Origin: Oculina patagonica | Lineage: Eukaryota | Direction of reading: 5' to 3' | NCBI RefSeq assembly: GCF_052425735.1 | Contig: NC_135770.1 | Coordinates: 22,010,001-22,074,000, forward strand | Length of the DNA stretch: 64,000 bases | Shown: piece after piece, positions 1 to 12,796 of the stretch | Layout of the letters: each line of letters starts with the position of its first letter | Position numbering within the stretch: the stretch's first letter is position 1 | Translations under genes and position numbers: made by a program | Notes under the pieces: model-generated | Databases searched by the model: none | Told to the model about the DNA's origin: nothing | The model's input: the letters and a program-made list of their open reading frames with translations, nothing else

Positions 1-189
1 GTATCCGCTGACCAGTATCATATGACCATATCGCGGGCTCAGTGTGTAGAACCCATGAAGGCCTCTTTTTTCAAGTTGGCCGCTGACCACTGAATGGGTT
101 TTGAATGGATCGCAGACTTAAGTTCTTATTTTTCCTTTAAATTAAAGTAAATAACCGGGGAGCTTCGCTTTTAGGCTTGGCTAAATCTA

Positions 190-402
190 TATAGCACAAC
201 GAAGTCTTAGAGACTTACGCCGGTCGTCGGTCAACATTCGAGGGTAACAGTGCACTGCCGTACTCCATACGTCATAGATTTTGCAATGTTGCCTGCTCAG
301 AGATAGACTTATGGCGGGAAACAGTTTTATGTATAACATGTGACCTCGAGGTAGCCAATAAGAGCGCGCACTATTGGGAAAAAACTTTCATGTATATAAC
401 AA
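190..402. repeat. Non-autonomous DNA-element fragment, same family as 2824-3041
   Basis: Co-linear similarity to 2831-3040 (agcac.acgaag...ggtcaacattcg...gtcatagattttgcaatg...tgtgacctcg...ccaataag.gcgcgc). Ends in tatataacaa. Confidence 0.6.
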
Positions 403-454
403 CATACGTTAAAAAATTCGAATTAATAAGTTGACACTGGCTAAAAATATTGTT

Positions 455-494
455 TTTGGACGTTTCGGCCACTACTGTTGCCTTCTTCAGCAAG
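455..494 (-). ncRNA. Minimal type I hammerhead ribozyme motif in the Penelope repeat
   Basis: Minus strand reads uug CUGAAGA AGGC aacaguagu GGCC GAAA CGUC caa. This gives the CUGANGA and GAAA cores, a GGC/GCC stem II, a palindromic ACGU stem III and a GUC cleavage triplet. Confidence 0.75.
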
Positions 495-705
495 ATAAAA
501 ATGCAAATGTTCAACGGCGTCCTGTTAAAATATGTAACGAATGTGTGAAAACTAAATGAACTTTCCGAGTGCGACAAAAGTCTCTAGAGCATTCTTAATG
601 AGTCTATGAATTCTCAATGCTATTGTAAACGTTTGGTAGCGCTATGTGTTCGTTTATGGCGTTCCTATCTCGCACAGAATGCCAAGCTTCAAGAATTAGT
701 CGTCG

Positions 706-1696
706 TTATTTCCACACCGTTGACCTGTCAACAATTTCGACGCTCTCCAAATCTATTTGATGGTCGTTAAGCATATGGTGTTTTGCCAACAAAGAGTTTT
801 CATCCAATGTTGCGATGGCCTTTGCGTGTTCTTTCATACGTGTTTTAAGCGCGCGTGATGTCTGGCCAACATAAACACAGTCGCAATCGTTACACTTGAT
901 CTTATATACAATTCCTCTGGTATCCTCTTTCTCCATCCTGTCTTTTGGTTTTTTCAGGATGTTCGAGATGGTACGTATAGGTTTATGGGCGACCTTGATG
1001 TTGAAGCCACGAAGAACGTTTGCAACTCTTTCGGAAAAACCTTTGGCGTAGGGGAGGATAACAAAACCACGATGGTCGATATCATTTGTTTGTTGTTGTC
1101 TACTCGGTTGGCGCAGATTGTGAATACGATTTGCAGGGTAGTTATTAATTAGTGGCGAGGGCTTTCGCTAATCGCTTAGTTTCCCGTGATACTTCCTCCT
1201 CGGTGGAAGGAATGTTCCTCGCGCGATCCATGAGAGTGCGAGCGACCGAGTGTTTATGCTGGGGATGGTGGTGTGATCTGAAATCCAGGTAACGATCGGT
1301 GTTGGTAGCTTTCCTGTAGACAGACACGGTGATCGAGCCATCTTCTTGTCTGGTTGTTTTGGTGTCAAGAAAGGCAATGGAACCTTCTGATTCTACCTCG
1401 ATTGTAAATTTGATGTGAGGGTTGATGGAATTTAGATGTAAGTGGAATTCATCTACGCGTTCCCTTTTTACACATACGTGGCTGTCATCTACGTATCTAA
1501 ACCACCATTTGGGAGGGTTAGGGGTCGAAGAGAGAGCCTTTTCTTCGACATGTTCCATGACGAGATTGGCCAAGATTGCGCTCACTGGGGATCCCATCGG
1601 ACAACCGAAAATTTGTTGGAAATTGTTGCCTTGGAATACAAAGAAATTGTTGTTGAGGACGAAGTGTAGAAGTGCCATGATATTTTGGATGGACAA
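706..1696 (-). pseudogene. Penelope-like RT and GIY-YIG endonuclease remnant
   Basis: RT motifs QIFGCPMGSPVS and WFRYVDDSH in ORF 1145..1834. GIVYKIKCNDCDCVYVGQTSR is the GIY-YIG motif in ORF 706..936. The frame is broken near 1145 and 706. Confidence 0.9.
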
Positions 1697-1719
1697 GTTG
1701 GCAAAAAACCATATGCTTA

Positions 1720-1945
1720 GGGACGGACCATTATTTTTTTGGAGGGGGGGGGGGGATGAAAAATATTGAAAAAAAATGTTTGCAGGGCCTGGAAAGACAA
1801 AATAAATTGTTTGCAAACACGATATGTATAACAAAAAATAGTAAGAATTTCGAAAAAAATGTTTGCAGAGGTGCGTAAACTAAAAAAAAAAGTTTGCAGA
1901 GGAAGATTTTTCATCCCCCCTCCCAAGAAAATAATGGTCCGTCCC
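1720..1945. mobile_element. PIF/Harbinger-type MITE nested in the Penelope element
   Basis: TIR GGGACGGACCATTATTT / AAATAATGGTCCGTCCC and TTA duplication (1717-1719, 1946-1948). Removing it restores catatgcttaacgacc, as in the other Penelope arm. Confidence 0.85.
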
Positions 1946-2218
1946 TTAACGACCATCAAATAGATTTGGAGAGCGTCGAAATTATTGACAGGTCAACGGT
2001 GTGGCTATAACGACTAATTCTTGAAGCTTGGCATTCTGTGCGAGATAGGAACGCTATAAACGAACATATAGCGCTACCAAACGTTTACAATAGCATTAAG
2101 AATTTATAGACTCATTAAGAATGCTCTAGAGACTTTTGTTGCACTCGGAAAGTTCATTTAGTTTTCACACATTCGTTACATATTTTAACAGGACGCCGTT
2201 GAACATTTGCATTTTTAT

Positions 2219-2258
2219 CTTGCTGAAGAAGGCAACAGTAGTGGCCGAAACGTCCAAA
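2219..2258 (+). ncRNA. Minimal type I hammerhead ribozyme motif (inverted copy)
   Basis: CTGAAGA at 2223-2229, GAAA at 2247-2250, CGTC at 2251-2254. Same sequence as the minus-strand copy. Confidence 0.75.
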
Positions 2259-2352
2259 AACAATATTTTTATTCAGTGTCAACTTATTAATTCGAATTTT
2301 TTTAACATGCCTGGGCAGCCTGGCTACAACCCGAACATTTTTAACAACATAC

Positions 2353-4744
2353 GTTGTTTCCGTCAATCTTCATGACCGGCGTCCATCCCCCATCTCCACA
2401 TCCAAACTCTCCAAAGTGACAGAGAACGGCAGTTGGTTTTGAGTCAAAGTGGAGCTTAACCAGCTGGCTTGAGTTTGACCTGTTAGAAAAAAAAGAGCTA
2501 CGATTACGCCGCGGGAGAGAAATGAGAAGTCTGTAATGCTAGAAGTCTGCATCTCTGGTTAAGGGTCTTGAGCTATCAGATTTGTGAGTGGCTAGGCTAT
2601 TTATAGGCCATAACATGCGTTTCGTCTCGTTCAGTGTTTTTTTTTTCTAAAAAAAACTCGGTGCGTCTTGTACATCCATATTTTGGAGTCAGACGAAAGG
2701 AGATGTATCACAGCCAGTCAAGGTGCTAGAAACTGCTTCCAAAACACAAATAAACAATATAAAGACCTTTTTTATATATATATATTATACACTTAATGTG
2801 TTACACTTAATGTGTAATGTGTTTTGTTATATAGCACTACGAAGGCTCAGGAAAATGGCGCTTGTCGGTCAACATTCGCGGGCAACATTAAAATGTTACC
2901 CTCTGACGTCATAGATTTTGCAATGCAAGTTGCCCGCTCAGAGACTTTTGGAGGGCAACAGCTTTCATTGTTAGATGTCATGTGACCTCGAATTAACCAA
3001 TAAGGGCGCGCTGTTGGGGAAAAATGTCTAGCTATATAAGAGATATATATTTTCACCAGTAAATAAAGAAGGAAGGCTGGCACGAGTGCAAAAAAAAAAA
3101 GAAAGAAAAAAAACGTCTTCCCTAAAGCTGTTTAAACACAGTTGAGTGTTCTAACAGTCTGCTTCAATGAGAACTCTTAAAATTTGACACGTTTTTTGGA
3201 AGAAAAAGGACGACTACAGTGAAAATTTTTGCGGCTTTAATGCTTTCTTTGTAGCATACGACACGTACGACGAGACCGAACCGTTTTTCAGCAATGCCGA
3301 ATTTTTCGAGAAAATCTCTGGTAATAGATTAATTTCAATTTATTCCAGTTGTATGAGTGTAATTTTTACAGCCTTATATTACAGCATCGAGAAGTTCCAT
3401 CGCCCGATGATAATAATTTTACTTTTTAGTGTATCATCCGAATGGTGCATTGGTTTGTTAGTGGGGCTTTGACTTACTTGAATATCACGTCATAAAGCTC
3501 CTTGCAGGACTTCGCCGCTGGCAAAGATAAAAACAAATAAGCATAGTTAACAGCGCTCTTGTGGGTGGCTCTTCTGAAACCGCTCAATAGAATTTTTTTA
3601 ACTTTGCAACAAGTTGCATCTTTACTTGCTGACCATAACTCAATTATAAAAAAATGGGGTCCCTGAGCTCGTTTTTGAGTTACGAGCCCTTAAAAATTAA
3701 GGGTGTTTTTAACAGGTAATGCTGTTGTCATGGTGACGTCATGAGAATGACCACAATTTGATCAGCATTGATTGGACACTTTTTTGATTTTATTATTGTA
3801 GCAGCGATTGATAAAGTTTTTTAGCACTGACGCATCAAAGTTAAAGAGCTGGAAAGTGCCGGAAACCGTTGCGAGCCTCCTTAAATTAAATCACTCTATT
3901 GCCCTTTTGAATTATCAAAGTCCACTTTTTACTGTAATTTGGATTGCCGCACACAGCAGAGAGCAACCAAAGAAACTAATTAAGGCAACTTAACTTAACA
4001 GCTGTGCCATCTTACAGTCTATTTACAATATTAATTAAACTTACAAAAGTTTGTTATAATGACTCTTCTACCTGTCTCGCAATATTCTCCAATGAAACCT
4101 TCCACACAGTGGCATTTGAACTTGTCGTCTTTGTAGTTCGTCACACATGTCCCTCTGTTTTGACACGGCCAGGAAGAACAGGGCGACTGAAATAAGAAGA
4201 TGTCATTGATCGTCAATTTCACATGCAGAAACTAGTTATGTTTAGAAAGAGACTATACTTACAGCAATATCTTAAAGCAATAAATTATAGGCAATAAGTG
4301 GCAATAATTTATTCGTTTAATCAAACCTTACCTTAATTGCAAAATGATGCGAAGTCTTGTTTTCTTTGTACTCTGTGAAGTTTCTGTACTTATCAGAAGA
4401 CAGCAACTCGCACCAGAATTTTCCATCGGCTCCTTTGGAGGCGGCCAGGTTCACAGAAAAGCACAAAGGATTGCTGAGGCATTCAAAGGTGCAATCAAAG
4501 ACATCGTACACGGAAACTGTTCCAACTGTTGACACGTTAAGAAAATGGAACTCGTCTTTTGAGAACTGACGCTGTTTAAAACTCTGACCGAAAGAAGTAT
4601 CGTCGCGTGGCATAATGTTTGTTTCTGGGGTGGGAACAAGAAGAATTATCACATATTTAAAATAGTTTCAAATAATAGTTTAGAATAATGTTTTCAACAC
4701 TGTCTACCTGTCTCATTAAATTGATAATCCTTTGTAAATGCAGA

Positions 4745-4776
<32 letters not shown>

Positions 4777-6208
4777 GAGTGAGTGAGTGAGTGAGTGAGT
4801 GAGTGAGTGAGTGAGTGAGTAAGTAAGTTGTCACGGCCCCCTTTCTTATCTTTTAAAACATCCATAACTAAATTAAAATCTCCTCCTATAATGATCTCGT
4901 TGCATTGAAAATAAATGGCTATATCTCTGAAAAAATCAGGTTTGTCTTCATTCGGCGCATCATCTAATCTATGTTGAATGGGTGATTTAAAATTTAGTTC
5001 TTTAAACGTAAGGGTTCTCGGAGAGGTTTCTAAACGGAAAAAAATCTTTAATTGGCTTAGGAAGAAAACGTTTTCCATATACATGCTGCACAAATGGTAA
5101 GAACATCACTCTTGGCATATCAGGGAGTCAGGGAGAAAAAGACAAATTAAACAAAACAGATAAAAATTAAAAAAAAAGGGGGGGGGGGGGCTATATAACC
5201 GGGCGGCAATCTTCCAAACAGAAACATCCTTTTGACATGCAAATCATGAAATAATATGAAAACTTAAATAAAAATATCCTTTTAACATGCCATGCAAATC
5301 ATTAGATAATATTGAAACTTAAGGTCGGTTTACACGTTACGATTTGTCGGCCTGATTTGGCCCAGATTTGATAAGAAAATGAGTGCGCATTTAAAAATCG
5401 GCCCGATTTCTAAAAAATCTGTTGCAGTGTCACAGATTTTAGAAATCAATTTCAATAGGCAAAAGCCGGCAGACGAATCGCAGTGTGTAAATTTGCGTCG
5501 AACAAATCGGGCCGACGGATCGTAACGTGTAAACCGGCCTTTACATAAAAACATCCTTTTGAGCTGAGTTTAAATGAGAACACCTGCAACTTTTTCCTTG
5601 TCACAAAGTTTTTTTTAATACCTAGGAACGTAAAGTATATAACTGACAAAGAAATCTTTCAGATAACTTTTAGCAACAGCTTTTTTTTAGTGATCGTTTC
5701 AACTCTTCCTACAAAAATAATACAAGGGCCATACTTTTTTGTTTGTATGTTTTTTAATATCTAAATTTTGACAATTTTTTATCCAACTACATTGATGTTC
5801 CTGCGTCGACTATTCTTGTACCACAATGAAATATTGCAAAGAACCATATTACAGGAGACAATGTTTCTTGCAGCTAACTTACATAATAGTTACTTCCTTT
5901 ATTCGACGATTCACTTTTCATTCAGTTTAAGCCAACACACATTATATATCAAATAACCAACTTTCGTGTTTTGGAAATACAATATATAATGGAAAAAAAG
6001 AATGTTCGAAAAGATTAGAACTAAATTTTCGAACAGATTGCTTCTATTGCGGCGTATTTTGATATTAACTGAATAAGTTCTAACACAAACACGAAGAAAA
6101 AAGGATGGTCTCGCACGTACAACAAAAGAAACAGAACTTACCTTGGGTTTCCTCGGTGATCAGAGTAAAAGCAAGGAATAAAATGGGAAAAATGAAAACA
6201 GAAAACAT
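2353..6208 (-). CDS. Gene A: secreted SP-PAN-EGF-(USOMP5-like/fibrinogen-related) protein, exons 1-5; last exon presumed left of the window
   Basis: Exons: 6142-6208 (MFSVFIFPILFLAFTLITEETQ, signal peptide), 4332-4624 (PAN-like, CTFECLSNPLCFSVN...WCEL), 4072-4186 (EGF, six Cys), 3478-3517 (AKSCKELY), 2353-2479 ([21 protein letters not shown]). All sites are GT-AG and phases 1,0,1,2,0 join in frame. Confidence 0.88.
2824..3041. mobile_element. Short non-autonomous element with TTGTTATATAGC-like inverted ends
   Basis: ttgttatatagc ... gctatataag. Related to 190-402. Confidence 0.55.
4746..4960 (-). repeat. (GTAA)n(GTGA)n microsatellite next to an L1/Tx1 endonuclease fragment
   Basis: Tetranucleotide tract at 4746-4826. 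APNEDKPDFF...IIIGGDFNLVMD...DKKGG is an APE-endonuclease motif of L1-clade ORF2. Confidence 0.7.
5322..5540. mobile_element. Harbinger-type MITE
   Basis: Inverted ends aggtcggtttacacgttacga / tcgtaacgtgtaaaccggcct with TTA flanks. Confidence 0.75.
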
Positions 6209-8073
6209 GGTAAAGGAAAATTATTCCCGCGAGAGTCTGACAAACGTGTTAACAAGTTGAATGACAACGTGAAGCTCTTGCGAGCAAACTGAGAACTTTG
6301 AAGTAAATATTACTTTTTTTCTGTGCCAATTAAGTATTAGCCATTGGGAAGAGTTTATTTGATGACACCTCACAGCAGCCATTAGTCTATGAGTGGAACA
6401 TTAGTAATTGCTCGTTCGTTTTGCATTTTGTTGTTGACAACTGAAAATTGGCAGGAGTTAAACAAGAAAGAAACTTCTGCTTCTAACTATTAATCGAACT
6501 TTCTGAACAAGAAATCGAATGTTGCATTTTAGGAAGTAAGAGTTTACTGAAGTCTCATTTCCAAGAGTGCATGTGTTAAAATCTATATTCTCACTGAAAA
6601 TATATATATAAACTTTCAAGCATGAGAGGTCGCTAGAAATAAGGAATGATCAAATTCTCACAACTAATGTCATGCTATAAGAAATGAGACAAGAAATGAG
6701 AATTTGTGTGCTGACATTAGCGCATTATTTGCTTTCTATAATGAATTTTTAATGAGTCGGATGGTAATGTCTTACTGTCTATGTGTTATTTTTGTATTGC
6801 CTCCAAGCAAACCGAACGTTCCATGTACATTAGCCAGCAGTAAACAAATTCCCGTCAAAAGCTTTGGCGTTTTAGAGCTATAAATAAATGATCAAGATCC
6901 TACGTTTTTATCTTATTTCAAGTAATATTATTGAACAGTTTTTAGTTGGGGTGTATTTGTCTTGACAAAAGAGGATAGATCATCCCCTCTTGGCCAGAGT
7001 CATTTTGTGACTTCTGTTATGTTCGAAGTACAGGCAAAACTATAGCAATCTGGCCGACCAAATTCCCATCAAGGAGAAAACGTTTTTTTTTTTTTACCTG
7101 ACAACCGCTCCACGTTTATAAGTAGCGACCTCTGTCTCACACCCCTCTGTAACAAACATGGTGAAACCTGATTGTTCACTAGGTTTTCAACAAAAACTCC
7201 ACCAGGTCAAACAAAAACCACCAAGTTTTTATTAGGGAGATCGATGATTTATCAAATCTAACCATATCGCCTTCTCCTATTTTTAACGAGCAACTGTCTT
7301 GTCACAGGGCTGTCACCGAACATCCATGAGACTTAGTGGGCAAACAAATTATATCGGCGAAAGTGTAAGGAAGAAAGGGGTCTTGAGGCATGCTTTGCCA
7401 GAAAAATTTGAAAATCTGAGCTTTCTGAAATGTCATTTCCGCAAATTCATTCTGAGTCATATTCATGCTATATTCATGGTACATTTACTAGCCAATTTTT
7501 AACAATTATCGGTAAATGCAAAACTTTCCCATTTCGCTGTCGTTTTTAGCGTTTATTGAGGCCCTGCTAGAGTAGGTGTACATGTCTACTGTCTCTATTT
7601 CAAAGCTTGTCATGTCGCTACTAAGAATGGTCCGCATGTCGCTGTCGGAATTTCGTTTTTTTGTAAGACAGACGTAAGTAGCAGAGGAGAATTTTATCAG
7701 ATATTTTAATTTCTCGACTGATTCAAAAAGACATGAGTAACCAAGGTACACAGAGCATAAGTTTCTCTGGAATTTTAAAAAGGCAATTGCTGGTTTTCAC
7801 TGTCACGCAATCAAAAAATAAATTCGAAACCATTCAACTACAGAAGCTATGAATTTAAAATATTATAGAAAATAAATAGATAAACAATTTCTCCAAGTTT
7901 CAGGTCTGTGCGGTGTACCGTTCGCGAGGTATTTGCCGAACCTTTCCACGCAAATTTATGAAGCTTAGTATGGAGATGCCATAGCGTATTTTGATATTAA
8001 CTGAATAAGTTCTAACACAAACACGAAGAAAAAAGGATGGTCTCGCACGTACAACAAAAGAAACAGAACTTAC

Positions 8074-8140
8074 CTTGGGTTTCCTCGGTGATCAGAGTAA
8101 AAGCAAGGAATAAAATGGGCCAAATGAAAACAGAAAACAT
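8074..8140 (-). other. Extra copy of signal-peptide exon 1 with upstream flank
   Basis: 67 nt, MFSVFIWPILFLAFTLITEETQ-G, donor GTAAGT. About 550 bp of upstream flank is nearly identical to that of 6142-6208. Confidence 0.85.
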
Positions 8141-8869
8141 GGTAAAAGAAAATTATTCCCGCGAGAGTCTGACAAACGTGTTAACAAGTTGAATGACAAC
8201 GTGAAGCTCTTGCGAGCAAACTGAGAACTTTGAAGTAAATATTACTTTTTTTTCTGTGCCAATTAAGTATTAGCCATTGGGAAGAGTTTATTTGATGACA
8301 CCTCACAGCAGCCATTAGTCTATGAGTGGAACATTAGTAATTGCTCGTTCGTTTTGCATTTTGTTGTTGACAACTGAAAATTGGCAGGAGTTAAACAAGA
8401 AAGAAGCTTCTGCTTCTAACTATTAATCGAACTTTCTGAACAAAAATCTAATGTTGCATGTTAGGAAGTAAGAGTTTACTGAAGTCTCATTTCCAAGAGT
8501 GCATGTGTTAATATTTATATTCTCACTGAAAAAATATATAAACTTTCAAGCATGAGAGGTCGCTAGAAATAAGGATTGATCAAATTCTCGCAACTAGTGC
8601 CATGCTAAAAGTAAGGAGAGAAGAATGATAATTTGTGTGCTGACATTAGCGAATTATTTGCTTTCTATAATGAATTTTTAATGAGTCGGGTGGTACTAGC
8701 CAATTTTTACCAATTATTGGTAAATGCAAAACTTTCCGATTTCGCTGTCGTTTTTAGCGTTTATTGAGGCCCTGTTAGGGTAGGTGTACATGTCTTCTGT
8801 CTCTATTTCAAAGCTTGTTATGTCGCTACTAAGAATGTCGCTGTCGGAATTTCGTCATTTTTTTTTAAG

Positions 8870-9790
8870 ACAGACGTAAGTAGCAGAGGAGAATTTTTTC
8901 AGATATTTTAATTTCTCGACTGATTAAAAAAGACATGAGTAACCAAGGTACACAGAGCATAAGTTTCTCTGGAATTTTAAAAAGGCAATTAATAATGTTT
9001 CTTTTAATGTCTCGACAAGGTATTAAATTGAAGACGACGTGACTTACTTTGGTACACAAAGCAGGAGTTTCTCAGGCACTTTAAATTTCGCAGCAAAAAC
9101 GGTATTTTAAACTTTTCGACCAAAAAACGACGTGACTCTAAACTTAATACACAAAACAGGAGTTTCTCGGGGACTTTAATTTCGCACTGTAAAAACGGTG
9201 TTTTGGATGACTGTTTCAACCAATTAAAAAACGACTTGACTTCGAGCAGAAGTTTTTCGGGCACTTTAATTTCGCAGTAAAAATTGGTGTTTCAAATTTT
9301 TCGACCAATTAAAAACGACGTGACACAGAGCAGATGTGTTTCGTACATTTTAAGAGAGCAGTTAAAATCAATTTAATGTAATTCTTCGACAGGTTAATTA
9401 AAAAACGACGTCTTACTTAGAGCAGGAGTTTCTCACGCATTTCATTAAGGAAGTTAAATTGAATTGTTTTAATTCCTGACTGATGGAAATTCCTCAACGG
9501 ACAAAATTAGTTCTCAATTGATAAAAAATTCTCGATCGCTAAAATGTTCTCCACTGTTTTCAGGCGGCATTAAGCTTTCTCGGGTACTTTAATTTTGCAG
9601 TAAAAAACCGTGTTTTAATTTGTCTCACCAATTAGAAAACGACATGGCTCTAAACTTAGTACACAGAGCAGAAGTTTTGCGTTCATTTCAAGAAAGTCGT
9701 TAAAATTAATTAATTTAATTCGTTGACAGATTAATTAAAAACGACCTGTTTAACATTAGTACACAAAAGCAGGAGTTTCTCGTGCACTTC
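8870..9790. repeat. Degenerate ~80-100 bp tandem repeat (also at about 19910-20830)
   Basis: Recurring aaaaacgacgtgact...tacacagagcaggagtttctcgggcactttaatttcgcagtaaaaa units. Confidence 0.75.
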
Positions 9791-10094
9791 ATTAACCCTA
9801 TCCAGAGCGAGAGGGGAGGGGGAGGGGGGGGGGGGTAGGAAGGTAAGGAATGTGCCCGCGCTGGCTTTGAACGCTTATAACTTTTTCAAGATTCAACCAG
9901 ACAACCATCGGTCAGATTTTATCTGGGAATTTCCTTCTCTCCCCCCCCCCCTCCCCACTGTATCGAATGCTTTGCAAAGACTTGTTTGTGGCCTGTTGAT
10001 ATTGTAATGTAAAGTCATTAAAAAACAAGTTATAAGGTATGTATACCACATACATTGCCATTTTTTTACGACGGCTGCACTAAATATTTTGAAA

Positions 10095-10309
10095 CTAACA
10101 ATTCTATGGCCCTCATATTCCCGATCGGATTGGAATTTAGAAGTGTTGGTTTTTGTGGAGCGAGGAAAACCGGAGAACACAGAGAAAACCCTCTGAGCAA
10201 GGACGAGAACCAAAAAGGAACTGAACCCACAGATGACGCCGGATCCGGGAATCGAGCCAGGACCACAGTGGTGAGAGGTGAGCGCTCTCACCACTGCGCC
10301 ATCCCTGCT
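10095..10309 (-). mobile_element. tRNA-derived SINE
   Basis: Minus strand begins gcagggatggcgcagtggtgagagcgctc (A box) then ggctcgattcccgg (B box). A second copy lies in the duplication. Confidence 0.8.
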
Positions 10310-12796
10310 ACGACTTATTTATCGCCAGCTGTTTCAATTTTCATGATGCTGGCAATTTAAATGAGAACTTAGCATTTCAGTTACAAATCTTTATCCCTTG
10401 TCTTTGACGGGCCGTCAAAACTAGCACCAGACAAACGATGATTTCCTCCCCATGTCGTTTTTCCTATTCCCTGGTCGAGATCTGTTGGATCGAATAAAAT
10501 ATTAAAAACTGGTTCTCGTCCTTGACACTTTCTTCAGCTTCCTTCTTTGCGACATTCAATCGCACGTGCTGCTGGCCTTTATATGACGTCACTTCTAAGC
10601 ATGGCGAGAGAAACTACCTGCAGTGGCCTGTTATAAATTAACTGACATTTTTATCCAGCTCCGCTTCGTGGAGTACAAATAACGTGCGAAACGAGTACAA
10701 ATATCTCACGACATTTTTACTTCACAAGACCGGTTTTTAAAACAGGTTCTGTGTTGTCCCCTTTTTCGTGCTAATAATTCGAAAGCTAAGTTCAGTGTGA
10801 ATACAGACAGGTTAAATAACGTAACTTGTAATACAACTCAAAGACAGTTTCCTATAATACTCAAGAAGTTATCGGACTTTTCCAGTGAACAGAAACCGTA
10901 GAGTTGTGAAAAAGTCAATTGGGACATTTTTGTGCAATTTTTCACGAACTTCCCGAATTCAGGCGCAAAAATAACTGATCTTTCATGCACGCGATTTCAC
11001 ACTGATTTTAATTAAATTCAACGGTGAATTAATGTTATTGTTAAAAAAAAACCACATTGTCCACACTTTAAAATCTTTAATATAGACTATAGAAATGACG
11101 CTATAAAATGTCAGTGGACAGGATTTGCGATGTAGTACTGTATTTTCATTTAATTGATTCCTCGAATTTTTTAATAAGTCCATCTGAAAAGCGGAAAAAA
11201 ATTCACAGGTTCACGACACACTCGAAACTACTCACATTCACTTACACACGGCAAACAACAGACAGTAACAACAACAACGACTACAAGTAGCTTTATTTAC
11301 ATGACAGCAAATTCATACAGTAACAATAAAGTTATTAGCAAAGAGGAAATGACAATATTACATTAATAACGAATTGATCCTAAAATTTTGGGTTAATCTT
11401 AGTACGAAAATGTCAAGCTCATTATCATTACTTTGATTGTCATTATCATCATCATCATCATCATCATCAATAATAATTATTTGGTGGTTTCTTTTGAATC
11501 ATTGCTTCATATTCGGTACAAATTCAGCATTTCCACACCTCCTAAAATATACTTTGTTTCAGAAAACCACAAACAAACACAGCAGATTATAACGGAAAGG
11601 ATTTTTTATAATATTTTGTGAGGCACCTGCAAAAATTATTCTAGTGACTTAACACTTATTTCTTCAACATTTGCCCGGTAACATGTACTTAACGGAATTT
11701 AAATAACCTTTTCAAAATCTCTTTTTATAATTTCGCCTTTTTTGTAGCTTTTATCCTGGTTTCAGGGAGAAAAAGTCAAATTAAACATCGCAGATAAAAA
11801 ACGTTAACAAAAACGTTATAAAACTTGGTAATCTTCCAAATAAAAACATCCTTTTGACATGCAAATCATGGGACAATACAAAAACTTAAATATAAACTTT
11901 TTTTGTTCCTTTTTGGCATGTCAAATCTTGAGATAATATGAATGAACTTATGGTCTGAAAAAGGGGAGCTATTAAAGAAGTAAAGCTATGTCACAGGGAT
12001 TTCGCAGATTTTTGGTCTAAACTGTTCTGAAATTAGTGGTAGGCAACTAATGTCATAAAAAACATTATCTTTGAACATCCAAAGGAATTTGTAACCTTTG
12101 AGGATAGAAATCCACCATACGGCTATAAACATCGATTGTTTTGACGGCGCGCGGAAACAACTTGACAACATTAGCTTAACAGTTTTCAAGTTGTATTCCT
12201 TTTCCCAATCCGAGCCATCCACAGCAAAAGATGCTCGTTAACAGTTTCAGTGCTCTCAAATAGACTTTTAGCAACTTTTTTTTTTAATAAAAATGGACTC
12301 TTATTTTTAGGTTTCCTGCGACACAAATATAAATTTTGTCTGTTCAAAAGTCCGGTCAAATCCGTGACATAGTCCTTTAAAGCACCCATTTGAAATGCCA
12401 ATTATGAGATAATATGAAAACTTACATAAAACAAACATCCTTTTGAAATGCCATTTATGAGCTGAGGTAAAATGGGAACCCCTTTTAGACGGCACTTCTT
12501 TGAAAAGGCATGCACCTGTAGATGAAAGTTGTTTCTTGTCGCTAAGTTTTTTTAATACCTAAGAACGTAAAAGTTTATAGTTGACAAAGAAATATTTCGG
12601 TTAATTTTTAGCAACAGCTTCTTAAGTGACCGTTTCAATTCTTCCTCCAAAAATAGTAAAAGCGCCATACTCTTTTGTTTGTATATATATCTTTTAACTT
12701 TAATACTTCAATTTTGACAATTTTTATCCAGCTTCATTGATGTTCCTTTGTCTACAAGGACGGTCTCTCAAAAACAACAAAAGGAACAGAACGTAC

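Larger units (their letters stand above)
411..2341 (-). mobile_element. Penelope-like retroelement (Penelope/Poseidon type), 5'-truncated, with an inverted copy of its 3' end
   Basis: RT plus C-terminal GIY-YIG on the minus strand. 408-790 is repeated inverted at 1697-2306. The 14-bp direct repeat taacaacatacgtt occurs at 397-410 and 2342-2355. Confidence 0.9.
7985..10690. repeat. Local segmental duplication; partner copy at about 19003-21976, partial third copy at 5977-6770 and 7487-7790
   Basis: Near-identical sequence and near-identical spurious ORFs (9004..9264 vs 20044..20310; 8865..9059 vs 19902..20105). Confidence 0.92.

Noticed and set aside
8870-9790. Possible CRISPR-like array
   Set aside because: Units are degenerate along their whole length with no unique spacers, there are no cas genes, and the context is eukaryotic.
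9893-10360. ORFs of 133 and 101 aa; possible tRNA gene
   Set aside because: They overlap a tRNA-derived SINE. There is no full cloverleaf or protein motif.
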